DNA of 64,000 nt from an uncultured Oscillospiraceae bacterium. GTDB lineage: Bacteria > Bacillota > Clostridia > Oscillospirales > Oscillospiraceae. Below the pieces are notes generated by a model, which was not told the DNA's origin, did no database searches, and saw only the letters and a list, made by a program, of their open reading frames with translations. Made by a program: the position numbers and the translations under genes. The stretch lies in the NCBI GenBank assembly GCA_944387095.1, contig CALXDP010000011.1, positions 12,430-76,429 of the forward strand, given 5' to 3'. This document shows positions 39,487 through 47,369 of the stretch, in pieces (the first letter of the stretch is position 1; every line of letters starts with the position of its first letter).

Positions 39487-41751
39487 ATGGATATCCAGTC
39501 CCGCCTTTCGGAGATCACTCGGGCCCGGTACGGCCTGGAGGCCAATGGGTGCGACAACACCCAACTCTACCACGCCCTGCTCCAGCTCACCCAGGAGGTG
39601 AGCGCCGCCCACCCCGCCCCCCAGGGAGGGCGCAAACTGTACTATTTCTCCGCGGAGTTTCTGCTGGGCAAGCTGCTGAGCAACAATTTGCTGGCCCTGG
39701 GCCTCTATGACCAGGTGGACGAGCTGCTGCAGCAGTGGGGCAGCTGCCTGTCCGCCGTGGAGGAGGCCGAACCCGAGCCCTCCCTGGGCAATGGCGGGCT
39801 GGGCCGGCTGGCCGCCTGTTTCCTGGACTCTATCGCCGCCCTGGGCCTGACGGGGGACGGGGTGGGCCTGAACTACCACTACGGCCTGTTCCGCCAGGTG
39901 CTCTCGGACAACCGCCAGCGGGAGCTGCCCAACCCCTGGATCGAGGGGGACAGCTGGCTGATCCCCACCGGGACATCCTTCACCGTCCCCTTTGGCTCCG
40001 GCCCCCTGAAGGCGGTGCTGTGGGACATCGCCGTCCCCGGTGCCCGCACCGGCATCGCCAACCGGCTGCACCTGTTCGACGTGGAGCATCCCGCCCCCGC
40101 CCCGGAGGACGGCATCGACTTTGACAAGACGGACATCGCCCACTGCCTGACCAGCTTCCTCTACCCCGACGACAGCGACGAGAACGGCCGGCTGCTGCGG
40201 GTGTACCAGCAGTACTTCATGGTGTCCGCCGGCGCCCAGCTCATTCTGAAGGAACTGGACGAGCGAGGGGTGGATCCCCGCCAGCTGTGCCAGCACGTGG
40301 CCATCCAGATCAACGACACCCACCCCTCCATGGTCATCCCCGAGCTGACCCGGCTGCTGCTGGAGCGGGGGCTGAGCATGGACGAAGCCCTGCACCAGGT
40401 GGCCCACGCCTGCGCCTACACCAACCACACCATCCTGGCCGAAGCCCTGGAGAAGTGGCCCATGGCCTACATCCGCACGGTGGCCCCCCAGCTGGAGCCC
40501 ATCCTCCGGGAGCTGGACCGCCGGGCCAAATCGGTCTTCCCCGACCCCCGCCTGGCCATCATCGACGATCACGACACCGTCCACATGGCCCATATGGACA
40601 TCCATTACAGCTACTCGGTCAACGGCGTGGCCGCCCTGCATACCCAGATCTTGTGCAAGTCCGAGCTGAAGCCCTTCGCCGATGTCTACCCCCACAAGTT
40701 CAACAACAAGACCAACGGCATCACTCTGCGCCGCTGGCTGGAGGCGTGCAATCCCCGGCTGGCCCGACTCATCGACCAGTGCGTGGGCCCAGAGTGGCGC
40801 CGCGACGCCAGCCGTTTGGAAAAGCTGCTGGACTTCGCCGGGGACGGCCAGGTGCTGCGCGCCATGCTGGAGATCAAGCGGGAGAATAAAGAGGCCCTGT
40901 GCCGCGCCCTGCGGGAGCACCAGGGTATCACCCTGGATCCCGAGTCCCTCTTTGACATCCAGGTCAAGCGGCTGCACGAGTACAAGCGGCAGCAGATGAA
41001 CGCTCTGTACGTCATCCGCAAGTACCTGGAGATCAAGGCGGGCCACCTGCCCCCCAGGCCCATCACCGTTCTTTTCGGGGCCAAGGCCGCCCCCGCCTAT
41101 GTGATGGCCAAACGGATCATCCACCTGATCCTGTGCCTGGAGCGGCTCATCAAGGACGATCCCCAGGTGCGCCCCTGGCTGCGGGTGGTGATGGTGGAGA
41201 ACTACAATGTCACCTGGGCCGAGCGGCTCATCCCCGCCTGCGACCTGTCTGAGCAGATCTCACTGGCCTCCAAGGAGGCCAGCGGCACGGGCAACATGAA
41301 GTTCATGGCCAACGGCGCCGTCACCCTGGGCACCATGGACGGGGCCAACGTGGAGATCGCCCAGTTGGTGGGGGGCGAGAACATCTACACCTTCGGCGCC
41401 TCCAGTGACCACGTCATCGGCCTGTACGCCCACAACGGCTACCATCCCTGGCAGTACTACGAGCGCTCCGCCGTCAAGCCTCTGGTGGACTTCCTCATCT
41501 CCCCCCAGCTGCTGGCCATCGGCAGCGAAGCCGATCTGCGGGCCCTGTGGGAGGACATGAAGGGCAAGGATTACTTCATGGCCCTGCTGGACGTGGAGGA
41601 CTATATCGCCGCTCGGGACCGGGCGGTGCTGGACTACGGCAACCGCTCCGCCTGGGCCCGGAAGGCCCTGGTGAACATCGCCAAGAGCGGCTACTTCTCC
41701 AGCGACCGCACCATCGCCCAGTACAACCAGGACATCTGGCACCTGGGATAA
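39487..41751 (+). CDS. glgP: glycogen/maltodextrin phosphorylase
   Basis: PLP-site motif EASGTGNMKF. 754 aa. Confidence 0.95.
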   Translation: MDIQSRLSEITRARYGLEANGCDNTQLYHALLQLTQEVSAAHPAPQGGRKLYYFSAEFLLGKLLSNNLLALGLYDQVDELLQQWGSCLSAVEEAEPEPSLGNGGLGRLAACFLDSIAALGLTGDGVGLNYHYGLFRQVLSDNRQRELPNPWIEGDSWLIPTGTSFTVPFGSGPLKAVLWDIAVPGARTGIANRLHLFDVEHPAPAPEDGIDFDKTDIAHCLTSFLYPDDSDENGRLLRVYQQYFMVSAGAQLILKELDERGVDPRQLCQHVAIQINDTHPSMVIPELTRLLLERGLSMDEALHQVAHACAYTNHTILAEALEKWPMAYIRTVAPQLEPILRELDRRAKSVFPDPRLAIIDDHDTVHMAHMDIHYSYSVNGVAALHTQILCKSELKPFADVYPHKFNNKTNGITLRRWLEACNPRLARLIDQCVGPEWRRDASRLEKLLDFAGDGQVLRAMLEIKRENKEALCRALREHQGITLDPESLFDIQVKRLHEYKRQQMNALYVIRKYLEIKAGHLPPRPITVLFGAKAAPAYVMAKRIIHLILCLERLIKDDPQVRPWLRVVMVENYNVTWAERLIPACDLSEQISLASKEASGTGNMKFMANGAVTLGTMDGANVEIAQLVGGENIYTFGASSDHVIGLYAHNGYHPWQYYERSAVKPLVDFLISPQLLAIGSEADLRALWEDMKGKDYFMALLDVEDYIAARDRAVLDYGNRSAWARKALVNIAKSGYFSSDRTIAQYNQDIWHLG

Positions 41752-41770
41752 TTCTTTTCAAACGCAGCAC

Positions 41771-41814
41771 GCCCGCCCCTTCCATCCGGAGGGGGCGGGC
41801 GCGTTTCTCGTTTT
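41771..41814 (+). terminator. intrinsic terminator of glgP
   Basis: Stem gcccgcccct / agggggcgggc followed by a T-rich tract. Confidence 0.65.
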
Positions 41815-41841
41815 GATGCTGGTTTCCAGTCCGGCAGGCGC

Positions 41842-43809
41842 TCAGCCCTCCGCCATCACGAAGCTCTCCGCCATGGCCTGGAGCACCGCCGGGTCCGCCG
41901 CCGCCTCTGGGATCCCATCCGCCTGGGAGGGTTCCCAGCGGAGGTCCAGCCGCCAGATCCCGTCCTGGGCCAGGTGGAAGTAGACCCGGTGGGCGGTGGA
42001 ATATCCGTCCGGATATGCCTCCTGGAATTCCCACACCAGGCCGGCGCCGTCCACCGCCACGTAGCCCAGGTTCCGCAGGTTCTCTCGCTCCCACTCCAGA
42101 GGGGTCTCCATCCAGCTCACACCCAGGGTGGCACCGCTCAGCGGGGAGTTCCACTGCCAGTATTGCTGGGAGCCATCCCCTTGCAGATCCCACCAGAAAG
42201 GATCTCCACAGGGGATCAGCAGGCTCCAGCCCTCTCCCTCAAAGCGCCGGGCCGGGAAGCTGTCGTACCCCGCCTGCCGCAGCTGGGGCAGGCGGTCGAT
42301 CCACTCCTCCATATAGCGGGGCTCGTCCAGCCCCCGCTCCGTCACGTACCAGTCGTGAAGGGCCAGGGCCTCATTCTCATACCAGATGCCCCAGCCCTGG
42401 AGAGAGCTGTGCTCCCGCAACACGTCACAGCTGCCGTCGCCATAGCGCAACAGGATGGCCATCTCCGGCTGAGAGCCCAGGGTGTACCAGCCGTCCTGGC
42501 CGGTCACCCCGTCCCCCTCCACGGTCCGCAGGCCCTCTCCTTCCAGCCGCACCTGGTAGGAGAACTGCCAGGTCTCCAGTGTCCCCTCCGGGGCCAGGCC
42601 GTCCACCTGGGCGGCCCGGGTCAGGGAGGTCAGCCGCGCTTCCTCCACTGGAACGGTGGAGGTACCGCCCCGGGGATTCTCATAGGAGACAGATCGGATG
42701 AGGGGGAGGACTTGGTTCACATAGTCCTCTACGTCGGTATACTGCCCCGACGGCGCTTCCCCGCCGGGCTCCTGAGAAGCCGCCCCCGCCGGATTGGCCA
42801 CGCAGGCCGCCCCCACCGCCAGGCAGGCCGCGGCGGCAGCGACGGAAATCCACACCTTGGGCCGGCGCCAGCGCAGCAGGTTCCGGATCCGTCCGGAGGT
42901 CTCCCCCTCCCCGAAGGCCAGGGGCATGCCGGGCAGCCCCCGCCGCCCGGTGGCCAGGCTGAGCAGGGAGGCGGAATAGTCCGCCCGGATCCCCTCCCCC
43001 AGCCGTTTCACCACCGCCTCGTCACAGCTCATCTCCATGTCCTTCCCCGACAGGAGGAAAGCCGCCCACACCAGGGGGTTGAACCAGTGCAGGGCCAGGG
43101 CCAGAAAGGCCAGCAGCCGCCAGATGTGGTCTCCCCGGCGGATGTGGTGGCGCTCATGGGCCAGGATGTAGGGCAGCTCCTCCTCCCGCAGGGTGGCGGG
43201 CAGGTAGATCATCGGCCGGATCAGCCCCAGCACAAAGGGAGTGCCGATCCGGTCGGAGAGGTATAGTTTCCCCGACAGGTGGGCCGCCTCAGCCAGCCTG
43301 TGGCGCAGCCGTAGCCAGGACGCCGCCGCGTACCCCGCCGTAGCCAGCGCCCCCGCCAGCCACACGCAGGCCGCCACCTCTTCCGGAGAAACTCCCCGGG
43401 CGGCCGCGGGCTGCTGATTTTCGGCCTGGGGCTGTCCCCCATTCTGCTCCTGGGCTGGCCCCTGACCGGCGGTCTGCTGCCCCCCGTCCGGAACCGTTCC
43501 CTCCTCCCCGCTCTGGGCGGGGATATCCAGAGCGGGTTCCCCCTCCGGCAGCACATAGGTCACCGCGGAGCCCATCCCTCCGGTGACGGCCTGGGCCGGG
43601 GCATCCAGCGCCCCCATGAGAGAGACAGGCAGCGGGATGGACACCGGACACAGCAGCCGGAAGAGCACTACCGCCCACAGAGCGTAGGAAAAGATCTTGG
43701 GCGCCCGGCGCAGGGCCAGCCGGGCCAACAGCACTGCGGCGATGACCGCGCTGGCGGTGAGGCTCATGTTCAGGATCAAAAAGAACAGCGTTTGCACATC
43801 ATCCAGCAT
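41842..43809 (-). CDS. BlaR1/MecR1-like M56 peptidase signal transducer with non-PBP extracellular domain
   Basis: N-terminal TM bundle and the HEXXH site (AHERHHIRRGDH) of M56. The C-terminal ~330 aa lacks SxxK/KTG penicillin-binding motifs. Confidence 0.75.
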   Translation of the reverse strand: MLDDVQTLFFLILNMSLTASAVIAAVLLARLALRRAPKIFSYALWAVVLFRLLCPVSIPLPVSLMGALDAPAQAVTGGMGSAVTYVLPEGEPALDIPAQSGEEGTVPDGGQQTAGQGPAQEQNGGQPQAENQQPAAARGVSPEEVAACVWLAGALATAGYAAASWLRLRHRLAEAAHLSGKLYLSDRIGTPFVLGLIRPMIYLPATLREEELPYILAHERHHIRRGDHIWRLLAFLALALHWFNPLVWAAFLLSGKDMEMSCDEAVVKRLGEGIRADYSASLLSLATGRRGLPGMPLAFGEGETSGRIRNLLRWRRPKVWISVAAAAACLAVGAACVANPAGAASQEPGGEAPSGQYTDVEDYVNQVLPLIRSVSYENPRGGTSTVPVEEARLTSLTRAAQVDGLAPEGTLETWQFSYQVRLEGEGLRTVEGDGVTGQDGWYTLGSQPEMAILLRYGDGSCDVLREHSSLQGWGIWYENEALALHDWYVTERGLDEPRYMEEWIDRLPQLRQAGYDSFPARRFEGEGWSLLIPCGDPFWWDLQGDGSQQYWQWNSPLSGATLGVSWMETPLEWERENLRNLGYVAVDGAGLVWEFQEAYPDGYSTAHRVYFHLAQDGIWRLDLRWEPSQADGIPEAAADPAVLQAMAESFVMAEG

Positions 43810-43815
43810 AGCCGC

Positions 43816-44175
43816 TCACCCCCTGCTCCGGTCGATCAGCTCCTGCAGCTGGGCGATCTCCTCCTGGGACAGCTTTTTCCGCGCGGTGAAAGAGGCGAGG
43901 AACGCCGGCAGGGAGCCACCGAAGGAGTCAGCGATGAATTCCTCACTTTGCCGGGCCTGGAATTCCTGCCGGGAGAGCAGAGAGGTCACCGTCCCCTCCT
44001 GATTCTGGAAGATACCCCGCTGACACAGCCGCTTGAGTACGGTATAGGTGGTGGACTTCTTCCATCCCAGCGCCTCTCCCGCCAGCTTCACCAGCCGGGT
44101 GGAGGACACCGGCTCGTTCTGCCAGATGATGTCCGCGAACCGGGACTCGATCAGCCCCATTCTCCATTCCGCCAT
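43816..44175 (-). CDS. BlaI/MecI/CopY-family winged-helix repressor
   Basis: 119 aa, with ...STTYTVLKRLCQRGI... as the recognition helix. Lies immediately upstream of the M56 gene. Confidence 0.8.
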   Translation of the reverse strand: MAEWRMGLIESRFADIIWQNEPVSSTRLVKLAGEALGWKKSTTYTVLKRLCQRGIFQNQEGTVTSLLSRQEFQARQSEEFIADSFGGSLPAFLASFTARKKLSQEEIAQLQELIDRSRG

Positions 44176-44191
44176 GGACTTCCCTCCTCGG

Positions 44192-44244
44192 TCTACACTT
44201 TGTCATTCTGCTCTCAGTTTATAGAAGTTAGCCCCTTTTGTCAA
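44192..44244 (-). promoter_or_regulatory. blaI-like gene promoter with TACA/TGTA-type operator
   Basis: On the minus strand, TTGACA (44239-44244), a 17-nt spacer, TAAACT (44216-44221), then GACAAAGTGTAGA (44192-44206). Confidence 0.6.
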
Positions 44245-44262
44245 GCGCTGTTCCCCCTGCCG

Positions 44263-45522
44263 CTACCCCCGGTTCCAGCCGGCGATCCGCACCAGGGAGA
44301 AGACAGGATAGCCGTACAGACTGGCGGGGTAGTTCTCCATGTCGTTGGTGTTGGAGTGAATAAGATAGTCCACCGTCTGCCCGGATGAGCCGGACACCAA
44401 ACTGCGGATGATCACGGTATGGCGCAGCCCATCCTCCATGCCCATCTGAATGAGGTCTCCCGGTTGCCCGGAGTAGTAGGGTGCGTCCACCAGGGCGGAC
44501 AGCCCGAACCCACTGTTCTCCATGGCGTACTCCCGGAACTGGTTCACCCCGCTCCAAGAGGGGGAGCGCCCCTCCTCCCAAACCGTCTCCGATGGGTCAG
44601 GGCCATACCATTTCCAGATATTTGGCCCCACCGTGTCCATGGGGATTCCCCCCGCCAGCAGGCACTGGGAGGCGAAGTTCTGGCAGTTGCCCCCATACTG
44701 GGAGTAGTCCGGCCACTCCCCGTTGCGCTCCATGGCGTACCGGTCCGCGTAGGCCAGCGCCTCCTCCCGGTCATAGGGCACATCCGCCCGGGGAAGGCTG
44801 ATCTGCCCTCCCCGGCTCCCCTCCCGGGCGGTCCAGGCCAGACGCAGCTGGGACAGGTAGTCCGGCACCGCCTGGATATAGGCTTCGGAGGCGTTCTCCT
44901 CCCCCACCCACTCCGCCAGCTGTGTAAAGAGGATGTCGTACTCCCAGTGGGCCCGCAGCCGCCAGCTCGTCCCGGTCTGCTCCAGCACAAAGACGTGGGA
45001 GTTGCTTCCCCGCCGGGAGTCTACCCCCGGAAACTGGGCAAAGTTCTGCACGCTGGCCTCCTCCGCCCAGACCTCCAGCCGGCCGTCCTCCCGCCACACC
45101 GTCTCCCGGCAGGTCAGAGTGTAGGAGTAGCCGGTGAGGGAGTAGTCCACCTCCGGGATTAAGGTGCGCAGCCCAATCTGCAGCGCGATGGCGCTCTCGT
45201 TGGCCTGGGCCTGGACAGGATCGGCAAAGAGGGCGGAGAAATCGGGCTCCTCCAGCCGGGCCAGCGCCTTATAGGCCGCGGTCATATAGCCATGGAGCAG
45301 CCCCTCCTGCTCTCCGGTCAGGGGAACCACCTCCTCCCCGTACACGATCTTCCCCACCTCGGATACCGTCTGCGCGCCCCCGGGGTGGAATGCGGCGCTC
45401 TCCGCCGGCTCCTGCCCCCCACCCGGCCCCGTCTCCAACTGGCAGGCCGCCAGGGCCAGCAGCATTCCCGCCGCCAGCCACCCGGCCCAGATTCTCCGGA
45501 ATTTTCTGTCTCTACGCTTCAT
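44263..45522 (-). CDS. lipoprotein with C-terminal putative amidase (Amidase_6-like, NlpC/P60-type Cys) domain
   Basis: Signal peptide plus lipobox (LLALAAC). The motif GGNCQNFASQCLLAGGIPMD is typical of the putative amidase domain family. Confidence 0.6.
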   Translation of the reverse strand: MKRRDRKFRRIWAGWLAAGMLLALAACQLETGPGGGQEPAESAAFHPGGAQTVSEVGKIVYGEEVVPLTGEQEGLLHGYMTAAYKALARLEEPDFSALFADPVQAQANESAIALQIGLRTLIPEVDYSLTGYSYTLTCRETVWREDGRLEVWAEEASVQNFAQFPGVDSRRGSNSHVFVLEQTGTSWRLRAHWEYDILFTQLAEWVGEENASEAYIQAVPDYLSQLRLAWTAREGSRGGQISLPRADVPYDREEALAYADRYAMERNGEWPDYSQYGGNCQNFASQCLLAGGIPMDTVGPNIWKWYGPDPSETVWEEGRSPSWSGVNQFREYAMENSGFGLSALVDAPYYSGQPGDLIQMGMEDGLRHTVIIRSLVSGSSGQTVDYLIHSNTNDMENYPASLYGYPVFSLVRIAGWNRG

Positions 45523-45575
45523 CGCGCACGCCTCCTGTCTTGATCTCTCTCGGCCATTCCCGCCGCCCATCCGAT

Positions 45576-45628
45576 CTACATTTTGTAGTCCTATCGAATA
45601 GTTTACATATAGTAGACCTTTTTGTCAA
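45576..45628 (-). promoter_or_regulatory. promoter of the amidase-lipoprotein gene with palindromic TACA-N3-TGTA operator
   Basis: On the minus strand, TTGACA (45623-45628), a 17-nt spacer, TAAACT (45600-45605), then the perfect palindrome CTACAAAATGTAG (45576-45588). The architecture is nearly superimposable on 44192-44244. Confidence 0.6.
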
Positions 45629-45692
45629 GACGGAGTTTCTATAAAAGAAATTCCACCGGACAGCTCGAAATGGGCCGTCCGGTGGCGCTTCT

Positions 45693-46220
45693 TCATATAC
45701 TTTTTTCCTGGTTCAGCAGTCGGGCCATCGCCCGGTTCACCTCCCAGTCATTTCTGCAAACCAGGAGCTTGTCCCGGTGAGGGGCGAGACAGCTTTTGAA
45801 CTGGGACTTTCGTTTTTTGGTGCGGGCGTCCCACAAAATCCAGCGGATGAACTCCCAGTCGAATTTTTCCGGGCAGCCCTCGGCAGCGCTCTCACGGACT
45901 TTTCCCTGGTATTTCACGCTCCTCCGCCAGGCCCGCCAGAAACAGCGCAACCGGGGAAAATTGAGAAATATGATGTAGTCGGCCTGTTCCAGGCGCTGTT
46001 CGTAATAAAATTTGCTGTAATTGCCGTCAATGACCCAGGAGTCATTTCGCTCCAGAAAATCCCACACCATCCGACGACTCTCCTCCCGGTCCCGCTCCAC
46101 CCAGCCGGGGAGAAAGTTCACCGTGTCCAAGTACAAATGGGGAATTCGCAGCCCCTTGGCCAAGTTCTTGGTCAGGGTAGATTTGCCTGAACCACTGTAT
46201 CCGATAACGGCGATCTTCAT
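45693..46220 (-). CDS. P-loop NTPase, adenylate-kinase-like (topology modulation FlaR-like family)
   Basis: MKIAVIGYSGSGKSTL Walker A. 175 aa. Confidence 0.65.
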   Translation of the reverse strand: MKIAVIGYSGSGKSTLTKNLAKGLRIPHLYLDTVNFLPGWVERDREESRRMVWDFLERNDSWVIDGNYSKFYYEQRLEQADYIIFLNFPRLRCFWRAWRRSVKYQGKVRESAAEGCPEKFDWEFIRWILWDARTKKRKSQFKSCLAPHRDKLLVCRNDWEVNRAMARLLNQEKSI

Positions 46221-46873
46221 GGCATATCCTCCCGGATGATTTGTCCGGCCCAGCCAATCAGCAGGAGCGAGCGGACCTCCAGATTCTCTTCCGTCAGGTC
46301 CTGGCCGCCCTGGAGCACGGCCCGGTCCGGCCCAGCCAAAGCGGCGGCCAGGGCCGTTGTCTCACGCAGAAAACGCCCCGTCTCCAGAAAACATTTGGCC
46401 CGAAGTGCGAAGGCGGCGGCCTTGAACTGCCCGGCCAGCACCTCCAGGCTCCGGCCGTGGAGCAGGTTGTGCCCAGTGATGTGGTACAGGTCGCAGGCCG
46501 CCCGGCCCAGGGCCCGCTCCACATCCGCCCGGCCGATGGGCGGGACAAGGGCGCCCAGGTCCCCTGAGATGGGGGTAGTGTCGTGGATGAACTGGAACAG
46601 GTCGGCTCGATCCCAGCCCGCCAGCTCGTAGGCACCGGAGAAAAAGCCGCAGGCCCGCTCCGTGTAGGGCAGGGCAGCCAGTACCTCCCGGTAGGTCCCC
46701 CAGTCCGCCTCTGTCACCCGGTCCAGGATGACCACCAGGTCGATGTCGCTGCCCTCCCGGGCCTCCCCCCGGCCATAACTGCCCTGGAGCCCGAAAAAGC
46801 GCAGCCTGGGGCCAAAGGCGGCCTGGAGCCCGGCTTGGGCCTGGCCCAGCCAGACGTAGATGTCGATGGGCAT
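46217..46873 (-). CDS. nucleotidyltransferase-domain protein (KNTase/ANT-like, helical C-terminal domain)
   Basis: GSYGRGEAREGSDIDLVVIL pol-beta-type NTase motif. ATG at 46873 follows GGAAAGGAGGG. 4-nt overlap with the downstream gene. Confidence 0.65.
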   Translation of the reverse strand: MPIDIYVWLGQAQAGLQAAFGPRLRFFGLQGSYGRGEAREGSDIDLVVILDRVTEADWGTYREVLAALPYTERACGFFSGAYELAGWDRADLFQFIHDTTPISGDLGALVPPIGRADVERALGRAACDLYHITGHNLLHGRSLEVLAGQFKAAAFALRAKCFLETGRFLRETTALAAALAGPDRAVLQGGQDLTEENLEVRSLLLIGWAGQIIREDMP

Positions 46874-46910
46874 AAAAACGCCCTCCTTTCCAAAGTTGGG
46901 ATGGAGGGCT

Positions 46911-46939
46911 ACCATACCACGCCGGCCCGCTCCTGTCAA
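46911..46939 (-). promoter_or_regulatory. putative promoter of the NTase/P-loop pair
   Basis: On the minus strand, TTGACA, a 17-nt spacer and TATGGT. Confidence 0.5.
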
Positions 46940-47313
46940 GCGCATGGGCCGCGCCCTTCCGATAGAGCACCCTAGCCCCCAAGGCTCTGCCGAGCCAGGC
47001 GCTCAACTAGGTGCTTGAGCCTACCCCGATCCTGTCGGAAGCAGGGTAAAGCCCGTCAGTGGCACCTGCGTACCGTCATGTCCAGGACGCCGGAAAGCTA
47101 TCGCCACACCCCCACTGACGCCCCGTTCCCTTTTGGGGGTTCTTGGGGGCAAATCATAAGGGCACGGCCTTCGCCCGCCGATTTGCACCCCTAAGCGACT
47201 CTTTGCCTACTTTCTGTTCGCACAGAAAGTAGGTCATCCTCCGATGAAAAGAAAAAATGCTGCCTGCCGGGGCAGGTCCTGGCGGCTGAACCCCCTTCTG
47301 TCGGTGCGGGAAC

Positions 47314-47350
47314 CAACAAAAACGCCCCCTCCCCGCTGTGGGGAGGGGGC
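47314..47350 (-). terminator. intrinsic terminator of pgm
   Basis: Stem gccccctcccc / ggggagggggc with TTTTTGTT on the minus strand. Confidence 0.75.
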
Positions 47351-47369
47351 AGCGGGGCCTGCGGCCCCC

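Noticed and set aside
47020-47100. SRP (4.5S/scRNA) RNA candidate, because of GGAAGCAGGGTAAAG
   Set aside because: The apical region would need a UGUC loop and lacks the conserved AGG/AGCA symmetric-loop context. The flanking arms do not form the expected long helix. An Alu-domain-like similarity appears only on the opposite strand. The evidence is not consistent enough to call.
47050-47125. Cobalamin riboswitch B12-box-like GCCACTG on the minus strand
   Set aside because: The upstream conserved GGGAA / GGTG-AAATCC elements are missing. The element would sit upstream of, not downstream of, the NTase promoter.
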